Shown: one piece after another, positions 48,501 through 58,376 of the stretch
How the letters are laid out: each line of letters starts with the position of its first letter
Numbering within the stretch: the first letter of the stretch is position 1
Virus record (IMG/VR): IMGVR_UViG_3300023175_000036
Coordinates: 1 to 60,502 of that record
Length of the DNA stretch: 60,502 bases
Source of the DNA: a virus
Lineage: Duplodnaviria > Caudoviricetes
Reading direction: 5' to 3' (one strand)
The notes under the pieces: generated by a model
What the model saw: the letters and a program-made list of their open reading frames with translations, nothing else
Databases searched by the model: none
Told to the model about the DNA's origin: nothing
Made by a program: the position numbers and the translations under genes

Positions 48501-51500
48501 ACATCGCCAATATTAGCATCATTTGATGTAACATTTGCTGCTACTGTTAAATTATTAGCACTAATATCTCCAGTAACATTTAAGTCATTTGTAATGTTTA
48601 CATCATTATTAGGAATAACAATGTTACCTGTGCCAGCAGCACGTAAATCTAAATCTGCATTTGAAGTAGTCGTAGTAATAACATTACCATCAATTAGTAT
48701 TTCTTCAAATTGTGCATCTGCACCAACAGTTAGATTTTGTCCAACTGACATATCTTCGGTTAGTGAATAATTACCAGTTTGGTTAAAGTCACCTACTAGT
48801 GTAAGTGTTCCTGAAATATTTGTATTTGCAAGTGTAGCAGTTCCGTCAACAGTTAAGTTGTTATCAATTTGTACATCGTTTGAAGGAATGTAAATATTGC
48901 CGGTACCGTTTGTACGCAATTCTAAATTAGCATTTGATTCTGTACTTTCAATAAAGTTGTCACGAATTCTTATTCCATCAACATTAATTTGATTGACAAA
49001 TAAGTTGCTCCAAGTTTTAGTCTCAGTACCTAAACTCCAAGTACTATCTTGTCTTGGAATAATATCACTATCAATACCTGCAACAATTTGAATTGTATCA
49101 GTATCTTCGTCACCAATTGTAATATTACCGCCAATTGTAACATTACCTGTAACATCTAAATTACCAGTAACGTTAACATTGTCTTGTAAATTAATTTGTC
49201 CACTTGCTGCGGTAAAGTTTGCATTTTGTGTTAGTGTTTGAATAGTGTTGCCACTAATTCTCCAGTCACCTGTTTCAATTTTAGTACCGTCGACAAATGT
49301 AGTATCGCCGCCTGTAGTAAATGTAACACCGCCAGTTGTATTGATAATAAAGTCGCTAACACTAAATGAAGCAGCACCAGTTTCTTGATTAACGTAGAAT
49401 AAATCACCTACTCTAAAGTCGCCTTTGTGGTCAACTGAGTTATAACGAATTTGTGCATTATTATTTTCAACAACTTCGTTTGCTTGTATTACAGTATTTG
49501 CATCGTTTGTAACTTCTTTACCGTTACCAATGTAAGCAAGGTTGTGTCCAATAGCATACATTAATACACCCGGGCCGTCACCTACTAAGCCATAGTTACC
49601 GTAAACTGAAGCAGATCCAATTAAACGTATTTCAGCACCAAAGTCTCTTATATCAACATTTTCAATAGTTGTTGCTGTTGCTCCGCCACTACTAACAATG
49701 CTTATTGGTGTCCAGTCAAAATCTAATAGATCTTCATCTTTACCGTTAATAATAAGCGTGTCGCCTTCAACATCATTAATTGCTTTTGCATAAACTGTTG
49801 AATTGTCTGTTGATGTAAATGTAACAGTTTCGCCTGCGCCAAATGTACCAGTAATTCCACTTAATCTAATTCGTGTTTTACCTTCCATTCCCAAACCGTG
49901 TCCGCGGTCAAATGCATAAATTGAACGATTTGCAAAATATGTAAATGAGTTTAGCCATTCTACTCTAACACCGTTTGTACAAGTAATGGTATCTACACCT
50001 GGTGTAATAAATGTTGCTGAATGGAACAACATGCTTGCTTCTTTAGAATTAGGCGTTGCGTATGCACCATCAATATAAGCACCCTTACCAGCATCGCCTG
50101 CGTTAAAGCCTCTTGGATCTTCTGCTGTAGTTGTGCTACCTTTTGTAATTACTGTTATGTTCTTAATGTACGGTGAGCGACTAGTTACTTCAAAATCTGC
50201 TGCAAAACGGAAAGCATATCCGTTGTCTGGGAATACTCTATTATATGCTAAGCCATCTCCGCCAACACAACTAAATGTAATGTTGCTTATAAAAACATCA
50301 TTGCCAATAGTTGCTGTACCGCTTGCGCTGTGTGTTAGAACTAGTACACCTGTAGTATGTGTATATGTTGCTCCAGTTATATTGTAACTAATGCCGCCAA
50401 TAGTAATAGTTCCGCCACTAACGTAAGTGTGAGAAAAACTACCATCAGCATAGTTCGGAATGTTAACTGTTGTTGATCCTGCTGACGCTGCTGTAACTTC
50501 ATAATATCTACCGCCACTGTAGAAATCTGCAACGGTGATGTCTTCTATTGTAGTTTCACCGTTTAGTAAAAATGCATCGTTATATTCAGTAGCAGTTGTA
50601 GGGACAATCTTAACTGAGCGTAGTCCTTGTCCTTTTACTGTTACACCAGCCGGAACAGTTAGAGGAAAAATTTCAGTATATACACCTGGATAAATGTGAA
50701 CAGTATCGCCAGCTCCTGCAACACTTAATGCTTTTTGTAAACTAGCAAACGGATCTTGTTGGTGTGTACCAGTATGTAAATCATCGCCGTTTTCTGCAAC
50801 ATAATAAATGTTGCCTTGGCGTAGTGTTAAGTTAATACCATCAACAATAATAGTGCCTGTGTTGATGCCATTAGTTATAATACTGTCAACCCAAACATCT
50901 GCCCAACGTTTTGCATCTATGTTAACTTGTACAATATTATAAGTGCCGTCAAGTATACTAGGTGCTGATATTGCTGCTGTTTGAGGTTGAGTTCCGCTCC
51001 AGTTTCCTGTTCTTGTAACTTTATGTAAAGTTCCTGATGTTCCTTCTAGTGCAAATAGATATGTATAATTTAAAGGTTTTTCTAAAACATCATCAATCCA
51101 TGCTGTACTATCTGTTGAAGGTATACTTACGGTTCCAACTCCATTAGAAACTGTTAAAGTAATATCTCCTAATGAAAAATCAATGTTGCTTTGGTATTGT
51201 CTTCCACCTTCGCCTAGTCTATAAGTATCATCTGCATCTGGAATAATGTTTGAAGCAATATCTGCATTAAATGTAATATTGTCTGTATTTGCATCTCCTA
51301 AAACAATATTTCCATCTGCTGTGATATTTCCTGTTGCATGTATGTTTCCGTCTACTTCCATATTACCGTAGACATGTACTTCGCCTGTTCCGTTAGGACG
51401 AAGTTCTAAATTTGAATTCGATGTATTTGTACTAATAACGTTGCCTTCAATGTCAATATCGTCGACACGCAATTTATTGTTGTAAACAACATTATCTAAA

Positions 51501-51769
51501 GTACCTAAGTGTAAATATTGATCGTCACTCCATATAGTATTACCTTGTACATTGATGTTTCCAATGTCTGCTCTGTTTGTTACTATAAGATTTGTTGTAC
51601 GAGTTGTACCGTTGACGTCTAATTCGTATTGAGGCGTTGCGCTTTTAATACCGATACGCTGATTATTAACATCTAGATAAAGTAAGTCTGTCTCAAACGC
51701 CAGATCTATCCCATTACGGATAAGATTTGACTTTAAGAGCGGACCACTTATACGACCAAGTGCGCTCAT
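45530..51769 (-). CDS. Long repetitive fibre-like protein (2079 aa)
   Basis: GRISGPLL N-terminus, pectin-lyase-like YYVAENGDD..PFASLQKAL..YPGVY segment, roughly 14 SNSDLELRASGTG repeats, P.GTTAERP..G.IRYN..FEGY module. Confidence 0.85.
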   Translation of the reverse strand: MSALGRISGPLLKSNLIRNGIDLAFETDLLYLDVNNQRIGIKSATPQYELDVNGTTRTTNLIVTNRADIGNINVQGNTIWSDDQYLHLGTLDNVVYNNKLRVDDIDIEGNVISTNTSNSNLELRPNGTGEVHVYGNMEVDGNIHATGNITADGNIVLGDANTDNITFNADIASNIIPDADDTYRLGEGGRQYQSNIDFSLGDITLTVSNGVGTVSIPSTDSTAWIDDVLEKPLNYTYLFALEGTSGTLHKVTRTGNWSGTQPQTAAISAPSILDGTYNIVQVNIDAKRWADVWVDSIITNGINTGTIIVDGINLTLRQGNIYYVAENGDDLHTGTHQQDPFASLQKALSVAGAGDTVHIYPGVYTEIFPLTVPAGVTVKGQGLRSVKIVPTTATEYNDAFLLNGETTIEDITVADFYSGGRYYEVTAASAGSTTVNIPNYADGSFSHTYVSGGTITIGGISYNITGATYTHTTGVLVLTHSASGTATIGNDVFISNITFSCVGGDGLAYNRVFPDNGYAFRFAADFEVTSRSPYIKNITVITKGSTTTAEDPRGFNAGDAGKGAYIDGAYATPNSKEASMLFHSATFITPGVDTITCTNGVRVEWLNSFTYFANRSIYAFDRGHGLGMEGKTRIRLSGITGTFGAGETVTFTSTDNSTVYAKAINDVEGDTLIINGKDEDLLDFDWTPISIVSSGGATATTIENVDIRDFGAEIRLIGSASVYGNYGLVGDGPGVLMYAIGHNLAYIGNGKEVTNDANTVIQANEVVENNNAQIRYNSVDHKGDFRVGDLFYVNQETGAASFSVSDFIINTTGGVTFTTGGDTTFVDGTKIETGDWRISGNTIQTLTQNANFTAASGQINLQDNVNVTGNLDVTGNVTIGGNITIGDEDTDTIQIVAGIDSDIIPRQDSTWSLGTETKTWSNLFVNQINVDGIRIRDNFIESTESNANLELRTNGTGNIYIPSNDVQIDNNLTVDGTATLANTNISGTLTLVGDFNQTGNYSLTEDMSVGQNLTVGADAQFEEILIDGNVITTTTSNADLDLRAAGTGNIVIPNNDVNITNDLNVTGDISANNLTVAANVTSNDANIGDVQISGTTVEATASNADLELRANGTGDILVPSNDVILSQDLTVQGNTSLQGTSITGTLTHVGNTTQTGNVTLLGEWTNGDIYIEDNFITTTASNSNLELRASGTGEILVPNNNVQIDNNLTVSGATDLQDTTVTGTITHTGDTTQTGNYIIAGSWTNGDIQINGNTVETTLSNSNLDLRASGSGSIIVPTNNVTFSQALTVSGATDLQNTTITGTITHTGNVVQTGNFDIAGEISNGNILIEDNFIATTNSNSDLELRASGTGEILIPNNDVRITNDLVVNGDATLGDTTLTGNVSITGDITQTGDYTITANVTVGGTLTVSSIAQFEEILIDDNVITTTTSNTDLELRASGTGDILIPNNNLHIVNDLSVDGTITVGNINSAGTVTANTFTTGDILIDDNFITTTSSNSNLELRASGTGEIYVPTNNVQIDNDLTVSGVTDLQNTTITGTVTHAGSTTQTGNINLTGNYDVTGTVTVSSVAQFENVNITNNVVTTTESNSDLELRAAGTGEVLVPNNDVHITNDLYVDGTITVGDINSAGTITANRFSTGDILIDDNFITTTTSNSNLELRASGTGEVYIPSNDVTIEQDLTVNGTTTLKGTNIVGNVTQTGNVTQTGDYNLTGALDVDGNITIAGAVQFENIQIAGNVLETTLSNSDLELRANGAGQVVIPNNDVDINGNLTVNGTLTVGDIVSTGQIQANTFYTGDILVDDNFITTTTSNSDLELRASGTGSIIIDTFDINDATISTSGDMTLAPSSGLTIIDATGSLRLPIGTTAERPTAVAGQIRYNSELNRFEGYNGTNWINLKGVEDLDGNTRVTAELTEGANDNVIRFYNDGNLTVDIDSTRLNALKITVDDIQVDGNVISTVTANTDLVLSANGTGSVKIDNISIKNNTISNTVSNAVTVFEETDNGYVKFDGTYGMVIPVGGNANRPPLAYTETGQMRWNTDAQRTEIYDGANWVSVAGTSSGISRAEAEELAFEIVLSLG
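46722..46801. repeat. 80-bp exact direct repeat, copy 1 (copy 2 at 53284-53363)
   Basis: ttaactgttaaatcttgttcgatag...cacgtagttctaa is identical at both loci. Confidence 0.85.
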
Positions 51770-51903
51770 TCTATCTCCTCAACACGGGGATCCTGTCCCT
51801 CTAGCCTAAATTTTCAGCTTTCGCTCTTTGCTGGCTAACCACAGTTTGTTGTGCTAGGCTTGTTGATATGGTGGTCAACAATGGTCTTGCTTCGCATTAA
51901 TAG
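51770..51903 (-). promoter_or_regulatory. Structured 5' leader (candidate cis-regulatory RNA) after late promoter CATAAATA (51904-51911)
   Basis: Hairpins TTGTTGA/TCAACAA, AGC-GAAA-GCT inside TAGCC/GGCTA, and GGGA/TCCC next to the GAGGAG SD. Confidence 0.55.
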
Positions 51904-51932
51904 TATTTATGTGATTTGAAAATAAACTAGGA

Positions 51933-54900
51933 TTAACCAAAGATTAATGTGTATTCTAAGAGCAAATCGTCGAACTCCGCTGGAGTAATTGCTGTTGCAA
52001 TACCCGCTGAAGCTATATATTCAGTACCGTTCCAAGTTTCAAGAACTTGATTTGATGTGTTCCATCGTGTATCACCAATTTGCGGATTAGGCTGTCCTAA
52101 ATTTGCAGGACGTTCTCCTGTTAATCCTGTAGGAACAACTATACCCTTTGAACCATTAAATTTAATGTGTCCAAATCCTTTAGTTTTAAGTATTAGATTG
52201 TTACCGTTGTCTTTAATAGAATTATCTTTAATAGATATATTACCGAAAGAAGTTTCTCCTGTGCCATTTGCACTAAGCTCTAAATCTGAATTTGTTACAT
52301 TTGTTTCTATAGTATTGTTGTCAAACAAAACATCGTCAACTTGTATTCCGTGTATAAACAAGCCTTCGCCAGTAACTTCTCCTGCTAAGTTTGTACTATC
52401 TAAAGGATTTTCTGCACCATTAACTATAAATCTTATGTTATTTGATGTAGGATCTGCTGTAACACTAGTTTGTCTATTTGCAGAATATACTCCATTAAAT
52501 GTTATAGTGCTTGTAGAACCAGTCCCTTCAAAAATATGATCATCAATATTAAATCTAATATCTCCTATATTACCAGAAGATACTAACACAGAACCTCCTG
52601 AGTTGTATATAGTGTCTGATGATCCAAATATTGTAGACGCACTTCCGCCGTCTAGTATACTGCCGCTAATTGTTGATAACCCGCCATCTAAGAATATGTC
52701 TTGTGATTCTACACGCTGAGATGTTAATCCTTTAGGAATTTGTAAAGCAGACGTTGAATCAATAATTAAATTTTCAGTAGGCGCTAATGTAATATCTCTT
52801 ACTGTACTATCTATTGGTGATGTTGTTCCGATAGTATTACCAGTAAACTCTATTTCTTGTAAGTAGACACTACCGGTACCGTTAGTACGTAGTTCTAAAT
52901 TACTGTTGCTATTTGTAGTAGTAATAACATTATCAAAGAACTGTATATCAGTGCTTAGTTCTATAGTATCTAAGTCAACATTATCATCTACAGAAATAGA
53001 ATTAACATTGAAAGTACTTGTTGTTAAGTCTTTATAAACATGAAGATTTTCATTAAAAATAATTTGTCCTGTGCCAGCAGCACGTAAATCTAAATTGCTG
53101 TTAGACAACGTTGTTTCTAGAACATTTCCGTGTATTTTTATATCATCAAATTGAAATGCTTGATCGGTAACTAAAGAACTAATATTTAAATTACCAATTA
53201 AATTATAATTACCGGTTTGCGTTCTAGTACCTGTAAGGATTAAATCTCCAGTAATAGATGCATTATCAATATTTGTGTTACTGTTAACTGTTAAATCTTG
53301 TTCGATAGTAACATCATTACTTGGAATATAAACTTCACCTGTACCACTAGCACGTAGTTCTAAATTTGAATTAGATATCGATGTAGAAATATAGTTTTCA
53401 TTTATTTCTATATTGCTATCAGTAATGTTAATTTCATCTAACACAAGATCTTGAGCAACATTAATATCTGTAGTTGTTATACTTGCTGTAAATAAATTAT
53501 TGTTAACACGTAAATTTGTTCCGTCTATTAATACTTTACCTGTTCCTACTGCACGTAGATCTAAGTCATTATTATTAACAGTTGTTGTAATAACATTATC
53601 ACTAATTCTAATATCAGTAAGTTGTACATCTCCTTGGAAATCAACTTGCCCTGTTACATCTAAATTACCAACTTGCGTGTATTCTGAAATTGTACTAGTA
53701 GGTCTAGTATCGCCAACTTTTTCAATTTGATATGTATAAACGTTGCCATTAATATCAACTAATGAACCTCTATTATAAGTATCATTTCCAGATAAGAATG
53801 TTGATTGAGTTCCTGTAAATGTGCCTACTGAAACTCCGTTATACAACAATGTATTGCTATTTGTTCCAATATCAACTACCCAACTTGTTACACCTATATC
53901 TACTATAAATCCTGTAAGAACAGTTGTAGTTCCAGAGGTTATATTTGTATCTCCAGCATGTGTTATTGTACCTGTAACTGTAGTATTTTGTAGATTTGTT
54001 GTTCCGCTAACAGTTAAATTATTATCAATTTGTACATTTTCAGGCATATAAACATCGCCAGAGCCACTAGCACGTAGTTCTAAATTACTGTTTGAAACAT
54101 TTGTAGTTACATAGTTGTCTCTTATTTCAATGTTGCCGTCTGTAACATTAATTTCATAAAGATTTAAATTATTAGTAACATTAATGTCAACAGCACTAAT
54201 GTATCTAGTAGACAAGTCGTTATCTACTTGCATGTTATTATTTGGAACTAGTACTTTACCGGTTCCACTTGCACGTAGTTCTAAATCTGCATTTGAAGTT
54301 GTTGTTGTAATAAAGTTATCATCTATAAGAATTTCTTCAAACTGCGCTTGCTGAGATACATCAAGTGTTCCGTCAATAAAAAGATTATCTGTAACAGTTA
54401 AACTACCGTCTTGTATACTTTTAGCCAAGACGACATTACCATTAATTGTTAATGCACCGGTATATTCCATTGTGCCGCCTACAAAAAAGTTATTATTAAT
54501 AGTAAGAACATTACCTGTATCAATTATAACTTCGCCTGTACCGCTTGCACGTAGTTCTAAATCACTATTTGAATTTGTAGTAGTAATAAAGTTATCTTCA
54601 ATTAGTATATTACCGTTACTAATTTCACCTGCAATATCAAAATTACCTGTTTGTTGGAGATCTCCAACATGTGTTACAGTACCAGTAATTGTAGTACCTT
54701 GTAAACTAGTTGCGCCGCTTACAGTTAAGTCTTGAGCAATTTCTACATCGTTGCTATCAACATTAATTGTTCCGGTACCAGCTGATTCTAATATTAAATT
54801 ACCTGAAGTAGTTGTAATAAAATTATCTTCAATATATACGTTGTCAACTGTTAACTCACCGCTTTGTTGGAAACTTCCAACTTGAGTTCTATCACCTGTG

Positions 54901-57827
54901 TGAATAATTGTACCTGTAATAGTAGTACCTTGTAAATTTGTATCTGTACTTACTGTTAAATCGTTGTTAATTTGTACATCGTTATTAGGTATTGTAACTT
55001 CACCTGTACCACTAGCACGTAGTTCTAAATTGCTATTTGATTCTGTAGTAGTAATAAAATTATCTTCAATATAGATATTACTATTTGTCCACTCACCTAA
55101 AAGTGTTACATTGCCAGTTTGATTAGTATCTCCAACATGTGTTACATTGCCAGTAATTGAAGTGCCTTGTAGACTTGTATATCCTTGTACAGTTAAGTCT
55201 TGCTGCAATAAAGTATCTGTTCCTGTAATGATAACATTTCTGTCAGCACCTAAATTTAAATCGCCATTTAAACTAGTTGTTTCAATGTAGTTGTCGTTTA
55301 TTTCTACATTTCCAATATTTGCATTATCAGTTGTAATGTTTAAATTTACAGTTGTGTTTGTAGCACTAGTATCTCTAGCACTGAGATTATTTGTTACATT
55401 AACAGTTTCTTGTAAATTAACTGTACCGGTGCCAACAGCACGTAGTTCTAAATCTGCATTTGAAGTTGTTGTAGTAATAGTATTGTCATTAATTAATATT
55501 TCTTCAAACTGTACACTTGCACCAACAGTTAAATTTTGAGATATATCTGCATTTCCAGAAACTGTAAAGTTTCCAGTTTGATTTATATCTCCAACATATA
55601 TAAAATTAGGGTCAGTAATGTCAACATCGCTATTAATTGTTGTAGTGCCTGAAACAGTTAAGTTGTTATTAACTTGTACACTTTCGGGGATGTAAATTTC
55701 ACCAGTACCATTAGCACGTAGTTCAAAATCAGCGTTTGAAACATTAAGTTCAATAACGTTATCATAAATGCTAAAGTCTGCTCCTTCAACTCTGTCTAAG
55801 TGTGCAAGTAACCAACGTTTTTCAAAACTACCTAAATCAAATGTTAAAGTCTGATGAGGATTAAAGTTTTGCTCAAACTCTGTATTAAATTCTAATCTGT
55901 CAGTTGCCTGATCGCCATAAAAGTTTAAAGTTCCGTCAAATGTTAAGTCTCCTGTTATGTTAACATCGCCTGTAACATTTGTATTATTTTGTAGATTGAT
56001 CTGTCCGGTAGCACTAGCAATGTTTATATCACCTGTTCTGCTTTCTATTACATTATTTGATATTGTAAAATTTCCAAGATCAATAAATGCACCGTCAATA
56101 ACAGTTGTGTTTGCTCCTGTATTAACACGTAAAGCATTAAACTGATTAACACTTAATGTATCAATGTTAATTGTTGTGTTGCCTGTTTCAAAGTCAACCC
56201 AGAAGTTATCACCAATTCTAAAACCACCTAGATGATCAGTTGTTGTAAAGTGTATTTTACCACTGTTTAGTTCTTCTATTTCGTTTGCATAAATTGCACG
56301 ACTTTTATCATTGTCAACATATTTGCCAGCACCGATATATGCCATGTTGTGCTGTATCAAATACATTAGTGTATCTGCGCCGTCTGCTACTGCACCATAG
56401 TTACCGTATACGTTAGCACTGCCTATTGAGCGTACTTCTGCACCGTATTCTACAGTACTGCCGTCATAAGTTGTGCGTCCTGTTACACCATTAAATGCAT
56501 AAAGGCCTCTATTAGCAAAGTATGTAAATGAATTTAACCATTCTACTCTAACACCGTTAGTCATACTAATAACATCAGCATTAGGACAAATAAATGTACA
56601 CGAATGGAATAGCATACTTGCTTCTATGCTAGAACTATCTAGTTCTGCACCATCAATCCAAGCACCTCGTCCTGCATCACCTTCGTCAAAGCCTCTAGGA
56701 TCACTTGCACTAGTTACACTACCTTTTGTAATAACTGTAATGTTTTGTGCATAAGGACTTCTGTTTGTTATAACAGCATTAGGTGCAAAACGTAATGCAT
56801 AACCTGTGTTGTTAATGCTGTTGTAGTAATAATCTTTAATGGTGATATCTGATAATGTACTACTATCATTTAAATGAAATATATCTTTGTCTTGTGTTGC
56901 AACAGTAGGTTTAACTACTGTGTTTCTTAAATCCACACCACGTACTGTTACTCTTTCTGGAACAACTAATGGACAAGTTTCTTCGTATACTCCTGGATAA
57001 ACTAGTACTGTCACCGGGCCTAGTGTACTTGCATCGCATCGTGCTAGTGCTTCTTCAATTGTTGCTAACGGACTTTGAGGATGATCGCCTACATTTGTAT
57101 TGTCACCGTTTGCTGCAACATAAAATATGTTTCCTTGACGAGAATCTAGGAACATATTATCTACATTAACTACTCCAGTAGTAACTAGTTGACCGTTAAC
57201 TAAGTTAGTATGAATTTCATTCCATCTTTTAAATTTTTTACCTATTGTATATGTGTCAGTAATGTCTGGCATGATGTCGTCTTTGACATCTGCGTTAAAG
57301 TCAACACTATCAGTATCTGCGTCACCAAAAGTAATATTTCCGTCAAACGTAATATTTCCTGCAGAGTGCATATTACCAAACACTTCTAGGTTAGATTTTA
57401 CATCTAGTAATCCAGTACCATTAAATTTTAAATCAATATCTGTATTAGTACTATGTGTTAAAATATAATTGTCTGAAATATAAAATTGTTCTGTTTCTAA
57501 ATTTGAGGCTTGTATGTGTTCACCTGCATTTAGATATATAGGTCCGTTATTAGAATCAATTCTATTAGTAGACCAACTAAAGTTAGCAATATCGGCAGTG
57601 TCGCCAATTAAAATTGTTGTTTGTGTTGTATTAGAGATATGTAATTCGTTAGCAGGCGCTTCGACGTCAACACCAATACGGCCGTCGTTAACGTTTATTT
57701 TTAGTAGTGTTGGATCACTATTAGTATTTTTAAATGTAAGGTTCGCTTGAGAAGGATTGCTTGTTGTACCTTGTCTTAAAAGGTTAGCTTCTAATAACGG
57801 ACCGGATATTCTACCTACTTGTGCCAC
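51933..57827 (-). CDS. Long repetitive fibre-like protein (1964 aa, GTG start), paralogue of 45530-51769
   Basis: GRISGPLL start, same beta-helix-like core and LELRASGTG repeats; AGGAG SD. Confidence 0.85.
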   Translation of the reverse strand: MAQVGRISGPLLEANLLRQGTTSNPSQANLTFKNTNSDPTLLKINVNDGRIGVDVEAPANELHISNTTQTTILIGDTADIANFSWSTNRIDSNNGPIYLNAGEHIQASNLETEQFYISDNYILTHSTNTDIDLKFNGTGLLDVKSNLEVFGNMHSAGNITFDGNITFGDADTDSVDFNADVKDDIMPDITDTYTIGKKFKRWNEIHTNLVNGQLVTTGVVNVDNMFLDSRQGNIFYVAANGDNTNVGDHPQSPLATIEEALARCDASTLGPVTVLVYPGVYEETCPLVVPERVTVRGVDLRNTVVKPTVATQDKDIFHLNDSSTLSDITIKDYYYNSINNTGYALRFAPNAVITNRSPYAQNITVITKGSVTSASDPRGFDEGDAGRGAWIDGAELDSSSIEASMLFHSCTFICPNADVISMTNGVRVEWLNSFTYFANRGLYAFNGVTGRTTYDGSTVEYGAEVRSIGSANVYGNYGAVADGADTLMYLIQHNMAYIGAGKYVDNDKSRAIYANEIEELNSGKIHFTTTDHLGGFRIGDNFWVDFETGNTTINIDTLSVNQFNALRVNTGANTTVIDGAFIDLGNFTISNNVIESRTGDINIASATGQINLQNNTNVTGDVNITGDLTFDGTLNFYGDQATDRLEFNTEFEQNFNPHQTLTFDLGSFEKRWLLAHLDRVEGADFSIYDNVIELNVSNADFELRANGTGEIYIPESVQVNNNLTVSGTTTINSDVDITDPNFIYVGDINQTGNFTVSGNADISQNLTVGASVQFEEILINDNTITTTTSNADLELRAVGTGTVNLQETVNVTNNLSARDTSATNTTVNLNITTDNANIGNVEINDNYIETTSLNGDLNLGADRNVIITGTDTLLQQDLTVQGYTSLQGTSITGNVTHVGDTNQTGNVTLLGEWTNSNIYIEDNFITTTESNSNLELRASGTGEVTIPNNDVQINNDLTVSTDTNLQGTTITGTIIHTGDRTQVGSFQQSGELTVDNVYIEDNFITTTSGNLILESAGTGTINVDSNDVEIAQDLTVSGATSLQGTTITGTVTHVGDLQQTGNFDIAGEISNGNILIEDNFITTTNSNSDLELRASGTGEVIIDTGNVLTINNNFFVGGTMEYTGALTINGNVVLAKSIQDGSLTVTDNLFIDGTLDVSQQAQFEEILIDDNFITTTTSNADLELRASGTGKVLVPNNNMQVDNDLSTRYISAVDINVTNNLNLYEINVTDGNIEIRDNYVTTNVSNSNLELRASGSGDVYMPENVQIDNNLTVSGTTNLQNTTVTGTITHAGDTNITSGTTTVLTGFIVDIGVTSWVVDIGTNSNTLLYNGVSVGTFTGTQSTFLSGNDTYNRGSLVDINGNVYTYQIEKVGDTRPTSTISEYTQVGNLDVTGQVDFQGDVQLTDIRISDNVITTTVNNNDLDLRAVGTGKVLIDGTNLRVNNNLFTASITTTDINVAQDLVLDEINITDSNIEINENYISTSISNSNLELRASGTGEVYIPSNDVTIEQDLTVNSNTNIDNASITGDLILTGTRTQTGNYNLIGNLNISSLVTDQAFQFDDIKIHGNVLETTLSNSNLDLRAAGTGQIIFNENLHVYKDLTTSTFNVNSISVDDNVDLDTIELSTDIQFFDNVITTTNSNSNLELRTNGTGSVYLQEIEFTGNTIGTTSPIDSTVRDITLAPTENLIIDSTSALQIPKGLTSQRVESQDIFLDGGLSTISGSILDGGSASTIFGSSDTIYNSGGSVLVSSGNIGDIRFNIDDHIFEGTGSTSTITFNGVYSANRQTSVTADPTSNNIRFIVNGAENPLDSTNLAGEVTGEGLFIHGIQVDDVLFDNNTIETNVTNSDLELSANGTGETSFGNISIKDNSIKDNGNNLILKTKGFGHIKFNGSKGIVVPTGLTGERPANLGQPNPQIGDTRWNTSNQVLETWNGTEYIASAGIATAITPAEFDDLLLEYTLIFG
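53284..53363. repeat. 80-bp exact direct repeat, copy 2
   Basis: Identical to 46722-46801. Confidence 0.85.
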
Positions 57828-57848
57828 TCGATAATCTCCTTGACACAG

Positions 57849-57856
57849 TATTTATA
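57849..57856 (-). promoter_or_regulatory. Canonical T4 late promoter TATAAATA
   Basis: Exact consensus upstream of the SD of the 1964-aa gene. Confidence 0.75.
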
Positions 57857-57860
57857 GGAT

Positions 57861-58376
57861 TTACTTATCGAAGTTATGTAGGACTGTTACTGGCTTACCA
57901 AGATCAGGAGCACTTGCAAATTCTATATACCAACCTGCTGGCTTTCCGCTTGGATTTTGTACTAAACTGTAGTTTGTATTTGGTAATTGATAAACGTTTT
58001 CAACAAACACTAAAATATTTTGTGCTGCTGCTGGAATAGGGTAAAAAGGATCACTACTATTTAAAGGACCAAAGTATACTTCATTTGCATCGCCATTACC
58101 TAAACTTTGTACTGTAATAGGTGCATATGAAGAAGGAGCAGCATTTCTAATACCGTTCCATTCGCCTGCTTCGTATACTTCAAATCTGTTATCAGTAGTA
58201 TTATAACGCATATGACCGTTTTTTGGAAATTGCGGACGGGTTTCTGTAGGACCTTTAGGGACAAGAACAACATTTTCACTATCAAGTATAACTTCTTTAT
58301 CTACAGTAGTCACATGTACGCCTCTTCCTATTCCAAGGCTTCTAGTATTAGTTGTTTGTCTCTTAATGTATCTCAT
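57861..58376 (-). CDS. Putative virion/baseplate-associated protein
   Basis: VPKG..ETRP..GHMRYNT..FEVY module plus ILVFVENVYQ.P..Y..I.F.SAP..G..VTV domain. Confidence 0.7.
   Translation of the reverse strand: MRYIKRQTTNTRSLGIGRGVHVTTVDKEVILDSENVVLVPKGPTETRPQFPKNGHMRYNTTDNRFEVYEAGEWNGIRNAAPSSYAPITVQSLGNGDANEVYFGPLNSSDPFYPIPAAAQNILVFVENVYQLPNTNYSLVQNPSGKPAGWYIEFASAPDLGKPVTVLHNFDK

Noticed and set aside
46300-55750. CRISPR-like array suggested by recurring gcacgtagttctaa sequences
   Set aside because: These are in-frame coding repeats (LELRA) with wobble variation and long, irregular spacing; there are no cas genes.
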